Source of the DNA: Daphnia carinata | Taxonomy: Eukaryota | Assembly: GCF_022539665.2 (NCBI RefSeq) | Contig: NC_081332.1 | Location: 4,712,001 to 4,776,000 of the forward strand | DNA: 64,000 bases | Direction of reading: 5' to 3' | Shown here: piece after piece, positions 1-11,100 of the stretch | How positions within the stretch are numbered: the stretch's first letter is position 1 | How the letters are laid out: each line of letters opens with the position of its first letter | Program-made: the position numbers and the translations under genes | The notes under the pieces: generated by a model | What the model was told of the DNA's origin: nothing | Database searches by the model: none | The model's input: only the letters and a program-made list of their open reading frames with translations

Positions 1-1289
1 GGATGAAGTTTCCTCCCGATGTGTTACCAACTTGTCGAGTTCCGGGCGCGTGCAATGACTTTATACTCCGGGAGGAGTATAGTACACAATTGATTTGGTA
101 ACGTATACAATTGGTTTAAAATGGGCTTAACTTATTGCTTTGCGCTCCTGTCGGATCACGTTACGTTAACAGTAAGTTTCAGAATGAACATAGCACCATA
201 AATGTCAAGAATATTATGTTACAGATGTCCCTTTTTTATCTCATTTGGCTATGCAAATTGGTTCCGTTTTGTATAAATCTTAACTTGCTTAAAGTTAAAC
301 TGAATTGCGTCAGTCAATGCAATTTTGATTGAAATACTTGCATGCACACTTTTACGATGGCAGCTGGACATTTGTCTTTTCTGATAATTGTGTAGCCAGT
401 TGATGTTATGCCATGGTGGACCCATTATCAATAACGCATATGCACAACGACAGTTTTATTCAAAGATATGCTGCGTACCAAAAACAACTGTTTACCGAGT
501 CGTGCAATAATAAGTCTTGATTCATTCATCTGAGTGCCTAGTAATAGAAATGTTTTTTTTTTATAAGGAACAATCCTATTTATCGTAACGATCTCATATG
601 TTTTTGCCGGGGCATATTTACTTCCACGTTAGCAATGAGCAATCAGCTAATCAGTCTGAGCGTTGCAACTGTTGCAGAACTCAAACAAAAAGTCTGAGAT
701 TTATTTATTTTGCTTTGACGTAGTTGGAAAACCAGCACGTCGGCTGATTTCCACTTTCACGAGTGGGCCATTACGGTCTCAAATATACTCTACCACTTAT
801 CGTTTGACGTTTCGAGAGTATAAACTCCACGTCACACCCAGATATCGTTTATTTGACATCTCCTACTTTGATTTTTATGTTTGATCTTGATTAACAGTCG
901 AGAGTAAATGACAAGTTTTACGACAGCCTGCTCTAAAACATGCAAAAAGGGCTTTTCGAGAAAGAACGAATTCTCGTTTTTGGTTATTCAACGATCGTCG
1001 CCTCGATCTCTTGGAACAATTTCTTGTTGTTGCAGCCTCCCATGATCTGAAATGACCTTAACTAAAACGTGTCAGATGCTACATTCTACGTAAAAGACTC
1101 TTTCGTAAACGACTGATGTATGCGAAATTTTAGTCGCGTTCTACCTCTATAAAAGCGTGTCGTGTCATTGGGTATACACTACGTAACGTGACGATCGTGT
1201 TGCTGGTTCACTCGTTTACTATAGAAAGTCAATTTCGTTTTTGTTTTTTAAACCTCTTCTTTTTTTCGGGAATGATTAAACGTAGGACA

Positions 1290-4200
1290 ATGGACGAGGC
1301 TATGGCAACCACCAGAGATACTTCGTTTCTTCAACTACATAACAACAGTAGGGAGGAAAACGCGATCCTCACATCTGCCAGCAATTCAACGGAGATGGCT
1401 GGCTTTTATCAAAGCTTTCCCCATTGTGTTCTGCCGAACGTTTCCATATCCAACATATCCGAGTCGGAGAAGTTGTATTTCCCGCTGTTCGAGTTTGTCA
1501 TCAGCCTCGTTCTATTAGTTGTCGTCGCTCTTCCCGGCCTGGTCGGAAACTTTATTTCCATTTTTATTCTATCACGACCTCAGATGAGAACGTCTCTCAA
1601 CGTCATCCTTATCGGTACGTTCAATTCTTTTGTTTAATAAGTCAACATGAATTATACGCACAAAAGTTGTTTCAGCATGTCCTCACATATAAAGACGCCC
1701 CCATAAATTAAAATTTGATCCGGAGCTCTGCATCTTACAAGACTCGGTTCATGATAGAATGCTTTTAATAATGATTAGACGTATTTATTTCGTTCAAATG
1801 AACTCGAGTGGAAGTTGATAATTAGACACACACACATGAAAATGCATTGTTCGTTTTTTTTCTATGTCTCGTATAGGCTTGGCCAGTTTTGATTCTATTC
1901 TACTGCTCACATCGATTTTGCTGTTTGTTGTCCCATCAATTTACACGTACAGTGGCGTTGGCGAGTTTTACTACCGTCACATTCACCCACTCATAACGCC
2001 CTACACGTTCTTGCTGGGCACAACTGCTCAGACAAGTTCTGGTAAACGTTCTTACTCTCCTTGTTTCGGCAAAACTGTAATTGTGTGAAATTGTTTTGTA
2101 GTTTATCTTACTCTTACGGTGACGGTTGAACGTTACATTGCCGTATGCCATCCACTTCGTGCACGAGCGTGGTGCACATGCAAACGGGGACGAATGGCTG
2201 TGATCATCATTGGAATTGGTTCTCTTTTATACAACTTACCTCGTTTCTTCGAAGTAGAGCGATGTCTCTACGTTGACAACGAGTTGGGCGAATCGTGGAT
2301 CATGGTAAATAGCAAAGTCTTATGAAAAGAAGAGCGATGCACAGTTAATTAACTTTTATTTTAGCTCATCCCTTCAAATCTACGAAATGATAAAACTTAC
2401 ATAACCGGTTACATCGTGACCCTCTATTTCCTCATCATGAATTTTGTTCCATTTACTTCACTGGCAATATTGAATGGAGCCATTTACAAACAGGTAAGTA
2501 ATATAGAAAATATTTGCAGCAGTAGCGTCTGAAATATCCTTTATCTGCTAAATGCGTAGTGAGTCTCTCACAAGAAACTGAGCACCAACGGACAGAGACG
2601 ATCCCCCCAAGTTCTTGTCTTAAAGTCCATTCTTTTACAATATCTAGTTTAATTAGCAGAGCAGTGGCATTTAAGCTTCGTGGTGCGTTCAACAATGGCG
2701 AACTCGATACTATTAAGTTGTAGAAACAAAGCTGACCGATCTCGAGTACATACTGCAAGTACCCAAAGATAGTTCGTGAATGTGGGTGATTTCTCATGCG
2801 ACGTAACGAGCCATTTGCGTAGTGGCCTAATGAGGGACTGTCCTGCAATTGATACATAGTTTCAGAAATATTTAAGCCACTCTAATCTACGTAAGTTTTC
2901 GGTAATATAAACATGAAGCGTTATTTTTGGATTGATGAGAAATATCCATCTTTGGTGTTCAATTCAAGTTGTTTTTTTGCCTAACAACGTTCTAGGAGAG
3001 TCCTGCACATCGAAACGATGTAATAAATTCTAATAGCTGTAAAACTGTGCTGCAGGTGCGGAAGGCGAATCGCGAGCGCTCTTTGCTTACCAATTCACAA
3101 AAGAGGGAAATTGGTTTAGCAACAATGTTACTCTGCGTCGTAGCTGTCTTCTTCATATTCAATATCTTGGCTATGGTCGTCAACATTTTCGAAGTAGCCA
3201 ATATCCTTGTGGACGAAATGACACGTGTCAGCAACCTACTCGTTTCGGTCAATTCGTCCGTCAACTTTGTGATTTATTGCATCTTTGGAGACAAATTTCA
3301 ACGCCTATTTCTACGCTATTTCTGCTACTGCTATTGCTGCTGTAGGCGAAGGCATCCGCAATCCGGTAGACACCCCACCCCCCTTTTTTTTTAAATCAAC
3401 TAAATGCATGTTTCATGTTATCATATCCTCCTGTTACATAGGGAGAAGCTCGCCTGACAATCCGGACAATTCCGTATCTATGGGCGCCCATCCAGGAGAC
3501 GTCCACCGAGTTTCTACGTTCTCCACTCGGTCTAATGTCACGTCAGGTTAGTGTGTCTTTGCTTCGTATGACATAGACATGTTTTTTTTTTCAAACGTGG
3601 CTTTAAAAGAAAACTAAGGAAAAGCTTAGACGGTGGAGGAAGAGGTTGAAAGAGGAAATCCAAAGGAAAGGTAGACCAATAAAAAAAAATGTAGCTATGC
3701 GTCATCTTTCAAACCCTTCCCCTATTTAAAGACAAAAGACCTAAATAATCGTCATTTAGCTTCGGGTTGTTAAAAAAAACCACCTCTGGAATTTTCTAAT
3801 ACAAGTGACGTTGCTTATTCGCTTTGGAACCGCTAGCATAGTGGGCGTTTCTCTTTTCTTTTCAAGGTTTAAATTTATCCTAATCGCGAGAATGCTAACA
3901 AGTGCTCCTCTGGATTTTCATCGCGATTCGTTAGGATTCCTTCACTACAGTGTGTGTGTGTTAGGAGAAATTAGAAAGTGGCAACAGCTCATTAGTTTGT
4001 ACAAGTAAAAAGAAGATTAAGTTTGCTTTCAACCAAAAAAAGAAAAGTGAGTCATCAGATACTGTGAGTTTAAAAAAAAAACTTTGTCGGGATAACAGTG
4101 GCGCTTTTCAGCCATCCCATGTGAAATTGTTCAGATGTAGTCAATACTCAAGTGGAGCGCCCAAAACAAACAGGCAGCTGCTACACCCCCCTCAGTCATC

Positions 4201-4791
4201 CAAGATAAAACATCCGCGGCGAAAATGCTTCCTTTTGTCAGCAACTCTAAAGAAAAGGAAAGAAATTCAAAAGAAAAGTTCAATGTAGGCCTACAGTGTC
4301 GTCATGCATGAGAATCGTTATTTATAGGCAATCAATATCTACAACACATTGTACTTGAATTGTGTGTTTAACGCGATAGGAAAAAAAAATGAGGACCACG
4401 TTCAAACAACTCAAATCCAATATTGTCTAATATAAATATAGTCCAGTTTTCAAAAGAGCTATAAAATAAAAAGGACTTGTTTTGAGAACCCATCCCATTT
4501 TAAGAGCGCCAATCATTTACCTGATTATTTACTGTTTTTTTTATAGGCCGATTGTTATCGATCTCTCGTATGCCTGTGCATACCGTTCGCTCAAATGGAA
4601 ACATAAATGGATACATCTGTTCGACAAACCGAGGAGGCGGTATAAGTAGTATCTCAACAGCTTCTCGTTCTACGTCCGATTGTACCGGGCAGCTCTATCG
4701 GTCGGCCAATCGACATCAATCTTCAACGCCGCGGCCCAGCATTCAATACGACAGGAACACGTATAACAGAGCTAAACTTTCCAACGCTTAG
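1290..4791 (+). CDS. FMRFaR: FMRFamide receptor-like class A (rhodopsin) neuropeptide GPCR, 7 coding exons
   Basis: Hand-spliced exons 1290-1614, 1877-2041, 2102-2304, 2365-2493, 3056-3365, 3442-3546, 4547-4791; all GT-AG and frame-consistent. Motifs: TM1 PGLVGNFISIFILSRPQMRTSLN, TM2 GLASFDSILL, TM3 TVERYIAVCHPLRA, TM4 YNLPRFFE, TM6 SQKREIGLATMLLCVVAVFFIFN, TM7 NSSVNFVIYCIFGDKF. The REIGLATMLLCVV segment is typical of insect FMRFa receptors as I recall them. N-glycosylation sequons (NNS, NST, NVS, NIS) in the N-terminus. Confidence 0.88.
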
Positions 4792-5949
4792 GGCTTCTAC
4801 ACCAGGAAATAGTTTAATCGTATAAATGTTTATCACCGGAGCATCTCTAGGTTACGTTCACGAGACAAGGTCTTCCTATTTATTTTGAACGATCAATCAC
4901 GATCTTTTGCCATATTGTCCATATAATAGTTTGGCTATCCTGCGAATGTGAGAGAAAAGAATGAACAAAATGTATTTAATTCGACATCAAAATTATTTGG
5001 TAAAAATTCCTAATCGATGGAGACGTTATTGCTATAGACACATGCATTCATTCCATGTACACACACACCCCACATTGAAAATACAAATACTTATGCCTGT
5101 CTGTGTAGGATTTCCTGTGGGTTCATCTTCCTTTTTTCCTTCAGGGTCTTCGCGGTTCACGTCATATCAATTTCACGGGTGGTTTGCATGTTCACATAAC
5201 ACAACCCAAATGCCCGTCTGCTCTAAACTGTATAGTACTGCTATATACAAACGGCCTCTGTACTTTAAGCGTTTTGCTCCGTTTGTTTTTGGTGACGTAC
5301 ATCCTATGGCAAGGAACGCTCACATCGTGAAAATGGCACATGTGTCCTTAGTCTAGTTTCTATTTCTTTATAGATGTATTGCTAAACTTTTGCTTTTTAA
5401 AAATGAAAAAAAAAGTTGTGTGTAATAGTTTTTCGAAAGATGGTGTAGACCTTGTTTGCCTGCACTAACGGTTTTCAAGGATGGTTTATATTAGGGGCTC
5501 AATAGCCAGCCGCTTTCTCCGACGATCGATTTGTCTTTCCGATCGTCGGTTTTCTATAAAATTAACGTAGCGTCACATTTTTTGAAACCTCATTTTTAGA
5601 TGTGGCCTCGACGTTCAATTCAACGCTTTTATGGAACCCACACATTTCTCCGCATCGATAGAAATGTCGATTTTGGAAACATACTCTCCTTCTTTATTAA
5701 AAAAAAAATAACAAAACTCTCTTAAACCTCCAAAACTTTGTTTTATTGGAAATATCTATATAGTATTTACATTTAAAATTCTACTATCTATTGTATACGA
5801 TCAGAAAGTCTGGCCTCTTCAGGCGTCATGCTGCGTGAACGGGAACGGAATTTTTACAAGGAATTCCAGTTTCTGTCACTTCGTGGAGTCTGAAACATAA
5901 ATAATTCAAAAAATCTATAATGCAATGTTTCCCAAAAAATGTAATCTTA

Positions 5950-6228
5950 AGGCTGGATTCTTGTACATCTGATTGCATCTATGGTGACTTTGTTTCGGGA
6001 GAGAGCAGTAAAAAATGTCTTTTGATTGGACATGTCATAAATTGCAATACTGTAACTGACAGTCGTCACTCAGAAGACATTGCAATTTGACGACCACTTC
6101 GGATTGGAAATCTAGCATAAGGCCGTACGCATTTATAGTAATCTCACAGTAGAATCTGTAAATGATTTTACAGTTAAACTTGGATAGAAGTTTCACGTGG
6201 AACTTTCTTGGATTCTAGCAGCCAATCG
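5950..6228 (+). pseudogene. Decayed spliced coding fragment, weakly ZP/cuticlin-domain-like
   Basis: A 55-nt phase-1 GT-AG intron (6008-6062) joins ...SDCIYGDFVSGES to IVTQKTLQFDDHFGLEI*HKAVRIYSNLTVESVNDFTVKLG*KFHVELSWILAAN, ending at a GTAAGA donor (6229). Two in-frame TAG codons (6113, 6185). Family assignment is by eye only. Confidence 0.3.
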
Positions 6229-6406
6229 GTAAGAGCAGTGGCTGTAATAATTTCCAACTGCTGGTACACTTTCAAGGAAAACTTTACCATGCAGGGTTAA
6301 CCAAGCAAAATGTAACTAAGCACATCTGTCGCTTGGAAAAAAACTCCACCCTTCTTTGGAAAAAGTATGTAACATTAGTCCACGATTACAGCCCTTACGT
6401 GAGAGC

Positions 6407-6445
6407 TATATAAAGCGAAAGACGTGTACCAACTAAACACCAGTC
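6407..6445 (+). promoter_or_regulatory. TATA box and Inr-like element of the small secreted protein gene
   Basis: TATATAAAG at 6407-6415 and CCAGTC (resembling arthropod Inr TCAGTY) at 6440-6445, about 65 nt before the ATG at 6510. Confidence 0.6.
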
Positions 6446-6509
6446 TCTGCTTCGATTTCAAGTCTGAAACAATCCGTTCCATCGTAGCTTTATCTCTCGT
6501 CCTGCAACA

Positions 6510-7410
6510 ATGAATTCTTTCGTTACGGTGAGTGCAGCTTGCAGCAATGCCTTTAGCTACGTCTATTCGTATCATTCGTTCATAAAATCAATGTCAGAAA
6601 TTAACTATTTACTGATTAACTTTCCAGTTGATTGTGCTGTCCCTATCGGCTTTGCTTCTGACCCAAGCTGCTCCACCTCTGGCTTACGGGAAAAGCTATG
6701 GCAATACTCCAGGTAAGCCTTAAACATATTTGTATTAGACTCAATTAAATAGCATTGTTTTTGTTTTAAATGAAATCTTTGCTAACGCCGATATTCAAAG
6801 CATTTTAAATTTATATTTCGTTTAAAAAATAAATTAGCTCTACCGCCTTTTGGAGTGGCTGCGAAGCACCCTCGTTACGGAGCCGGATACGGAGGATATG
6901 GCAGTAACTACGGAAACAATGACTATGTCACTGCACTAAGGTACTTATCTATGCACGGCTGAATTTGGCATCTATTACTTCACCGTTTCGTATGTCGACT
7001 TGTTTTGAATTGATGAAAGTAATACGTTTAAAGCAAAATAGGGCGTTGAATAACGCCCTATTGGGAGGGAACTTTATCGATTTTAGCTCTATTTTCCGTT
7101 TCACTGGAGCGTCAAGATAACAAGATAATATTTGTTTAGAACAAAGTATGAGTCTCGTACATTTGCTGCATATCATTGTGTTCTTTTTGGCAATTGAAAT
7201 CTTCACATAGTGAACGAAAACAGTAGAAGCCGAATCTTTCGAGGCGTCTGTTTGCTTGTAGTGTATTAAAATAACAATATCGTTTTTCATTTTTCTAGGT
7301 ACGAAAATCAGGTACGCGAATCTTCCGGTATCGAAACCTCTTACGCCTACGATGTTGAAGGCCAGAAAGTTCAAGTAGCGCGTATCGACCCATATTACAA
7401 AAAATACTAG
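6510..7410 (+). CDS. Small secreted Gly/Tyr-rich protein, 105 aa, 4 exons (cuticle/eggshell-like orphan)
   Basis: Exons 6510-6527, 6628-6712, 6838-6940, 7299-7410 (318 nt), donors GTGAGT, GTAAGC, GTACTT. Product: MNSFVTLIVLSLSALLLTQAAPPLAYGKSYGNTPALPPFGVAAKHPRYGAGYGGYGSNYGNNDYVTALRYENQVRESSGIETSYAYDVEGQKVQVARIDPYYKKY*. Hydrophobic signal peptide, upstream TATA, AATAAA at 7457-7462. Confidence 0.8.
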
Positions 7411-8128
7411 AACCCCTATTTAAAATGTATGTCATGGAAGCAAAGTCCAGTAACAGAATAAACAATATCCTATGATATAATCGAGTATTATCTAGTATAT
7501 ACAGTAAACAAAACAAAAAAAAGGCTCACCGGCTTGATCGGGATTCAATCGACTGAATGCAGATGTGAAATTTCGATTCCAGCCGTGGAATAAAAAAAAG
7601 AGAAAAAGGAAAAGCTTCAAAGATGATCATGGGTAGATGTATCCAAGCGGAAAATATGTGACCAGTCGGCCTATATCCCCACCAGTCTTCAATACTGCTA
7701 CGACGATTGATTAACAGCAGTAGCTCGCAATTGGGACGCACAGAAACTGTTTACGAAAGCTTGCGGAAATTTTCAATCAGTTTCGTGTACCAAACTAACT
7801 TATAAGCATCTTAACCTAGTTTTTGTTGTTGTTGCATTTTAACTAATTTTCACATATCAAACTTGAACCTGAAAAGACGGCTATTGCAAATGAGATAGAA
7901 ATCATGTCATAGGTGGCGCTGAAGTACTGCAGCGAGAAAAATTCGACGAACCCAAACTGCTTAAGGGGAAGGCCGGATTTAGTTACAAAGCAACAAGGCA
8001 CACACTGTACAAGAGAGAGGGGAGTTCCGGAACCCCAAAAAAGCAAAGTCAAAGGGGGAGGGTAGTAGCTTTTTGAAGGGACGTCAACCTTATCTTTAAT
8101 TAAATATAATATTATTTAATTAATCATA

Positions 8129-11100
8129 ATGGTGGATTTCTGTGATTATTTTTGGGTGAGTAACTAGTCATAAGGCATTGTTTAAGTCGTTCCTTTAGTC
8201 GCGACTGACGCACTACAGCAACCAACAATGCAAATTTAGGGAATGTCTGTTGACGCTCTATAGAGGCATGACCCGAGGCTTCAAAATTCTCTAATTTTCT
8301 CTCGAGTGCATTCATTTTACAAGTGTATTGAAGAACTTGGAATATGGATTCTTATCCTTAGTTATTGTTTACAGGGGGAGAGGAACGGTGGCTTTGACGT
8401 GTTGTATCATAACATGAAGTATGGACTCGTTGCAAGCAAAGAATTGGCGGAATTCCTCAGAGAAAGGTATCAAACCAAAACCACCCTAAAGCGTTGTTGT
8501 ATTCAAGTAGCATAAAGCTGAAGCTATGCATCCCAAGTGCAGCAGCACATGGTCACTGTCAAGCATTCAGATTTTTCGTGTCACTGCATCTAATTGTATT
8601 TTATGTGTAATTTCATTATTAGGTGTATATCTTGAACTTTGTATTCATACTCTATTGTCAGTGATGACTACTAACACTTGTTTTTACATTATACTTGCAT
8701 AACATGACATTTGAATCTAAATTGTGCTTGTGTTCCTAGATCTTCTCTGGAGGAAACATACAGCAAACAGTTAGGCAAATTAGCCAAACAGTGTGGCTCG
8801 TCAACTAGCATTGCAGCTGCCAATAGTGCTACCAGTAATACAAATGGTGCTCCAAATGTGGGCCCCCTATGTACATTCACGCCTCTGTGGCAATTACTTA
8901 AGACATCATGTGAGAAAGTGGCCCAGCTCCAGTTACAGATGGCTCAAAAGCTGAATGAAATGGTCAAAGATGTTGGCAAATACAGTGATGAACTAGCCAG
9001 AAAACACAAAGTTGTCAAGGAATCAGAAAGCAACACAGTCGAAGCAATCCAGGTATATTTCCATTCTTGAGAAGATGTCTTTAAACTTTGGTAACCAGTA
9101 TTCTTTCGTCGCACGTAGGTTTTGAATCAAACCAATGTGGCCTTACAGCGATCCAAAGAGGCATATTTCCAACGAGGAGGTGAATTGGCCAAATTACGCA
9201 AAGAGGGATCTACATCGAACAAGGATTTGGAACGAGCTGACGCCAAGTTTCGCAAAGCGGCCGAAGAATACCGGCACTTAGTTGATAAATACGCACAAAT
9301 GCGGGAGGATTTCGAAAGAAAAATGACCGTTTCTTGCAGGGTATTTTAAAATTTCCACCCGTTTCTTATAGATTCATCTTCATTAACTTTCACCAATGCA
9401 TTCCACGTATTCGTGCAGCATTTTCAAGAAGTGGAAGAAGGTCATCTAAGTCAAATGCGAAATTTCCTCAACAGCTATGTTAACGTCTTGTGTAACAACT
9501 ACGAAGCGATGGGCCAGGTGAGACGGTGTGCACAAGTTTCTCGTTCGATCCCCCCTTATATCTTGTCCCGTTTGTGTAGGTTCATGTCGATCTTCGACAG
9601 CAGTGGGATGACCTGAGTGTCGATCGACTCATGGACATGTTTGTCGTATCCAAAATGACTGGTATGGAGAAACCGTTACCTGTAGAGTTTGAAGAATTCC
9701 CCTTGGATAGTGATCAACAACTCGGAGCGAATACTCCGAATCAGCTTCCTGATTACTTGGAAGAGTGGACAGCTCCAACATCAACGACGGGCAAGGTTCG
9801 AGAAGGTAGGGCACTTACATCATTCCCTTTTGGTGCTTGTTTATTATTATGTTTTCGTTATTCTCGTTGCCGGTACGTGGATTGTTTATTTTTTGAGTGT
9901 TTACAGTGGCGCTTAGTGCCGTTACGAATCAAGCGCCGGTCATAGGCTAGACGCCTCTTAAAACGATCCGCTGCTTGATTCTCTAATTTTACGCGTTTCG
10001 TCTACGTGTTTGATCATACTGATGTTTCTTTCGGTGTTGGTGTACCTGTGCGTTTGTGTTCGTGTCTATGGCGAACCTCCATTGAAATTCTTTTACAAAC
10101 ACACTAAAACAAAAAACCAAAAATGCAAATCGCAAACAAACAAAAAGATGGTGAGTCCAGGAAGAAGGCGTACAAGAAATCCATCAGCACCAAGGAGGAG
10201 AAGAAGGAGAAACGAAGCAAACGTGACAGCGAAGACGGTCGAGTCGCCGGCAAACAGGGTTCCCGCCGGGCTACTTCTCTTTTGAACTTATTCACATCCT
10301 CCTCCTCTTCCTCCCCAAATGCCCAGGGTAGGTTCCTTCACTCTCGCACACACTTTTTTTTCTTTCCCTTGCTCCTACATTTTTTAAATTTCCAACAAGA
10401 AAACGTAAGAGATTTGACTGACACACGTTCCCCCTTTCTCGTGAGCTCTCGCCGCGCCAATCAACAGAAACCTTATTTTTATTTAAACAATGGCGCCACT
10501 AGCACCCATGCATTACATATACAGCTTCTTTCACTTTATGTTCGCCCTTCTCCTTATTCTTTTCCTTTTTTTTTCTTCTTATCCTTTTTTTTTGTTCAGG
10601 AAAAAAGAAAATTCTCCTTTCGCTCTCTTTTTGATTGTCATAAAAGGCTAGAATCTCCCTTCATTTTACCAGACAGTACGAAATGGGTTTTCCGGATCTT
10701 TCGGCAAGTGGCAAGGTAAACAAAAAAAAAACAATTAAGTAGCAAACAAAAAAAAAAAAAAACATCCATGGGCCAGTAGTTGTATCATCATTCATTTTGT
10801 AGTTTGATTTGTTTGCACGGTTAGCTATTTGTGGTCGAAGAAAGTTGCGTTGCTTAGATGTATTGTCACCTTGTCCCTTGTCCGACACAGTTTTTCTTTC
10901 CCATCATTTCAATTTCTTTTTTTTCATCGTTTCTTAAACGATATTTTATTTTTGGAAAAGAAATTTTTCGGGATTACATGGTTTCTATTCAAAGCCGCCA
11001 TCGTGGCGAGAGCAGACAAACAAAAAGTCAGCACTTGATGGGGGTGTGTGTGTGAGTGTGTACGTATGCGGTGCAGGTGTTTGACTTTTCTTGTTTTTAT

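Noticed and set aside
8467..8739. Possible C/D snoRNA (GTGATGA near 8661) or poison exon in FCHO intron 2
   Set aside because: No downstream D box (CTGA) with a terminal stem, and no good donor for an exon.
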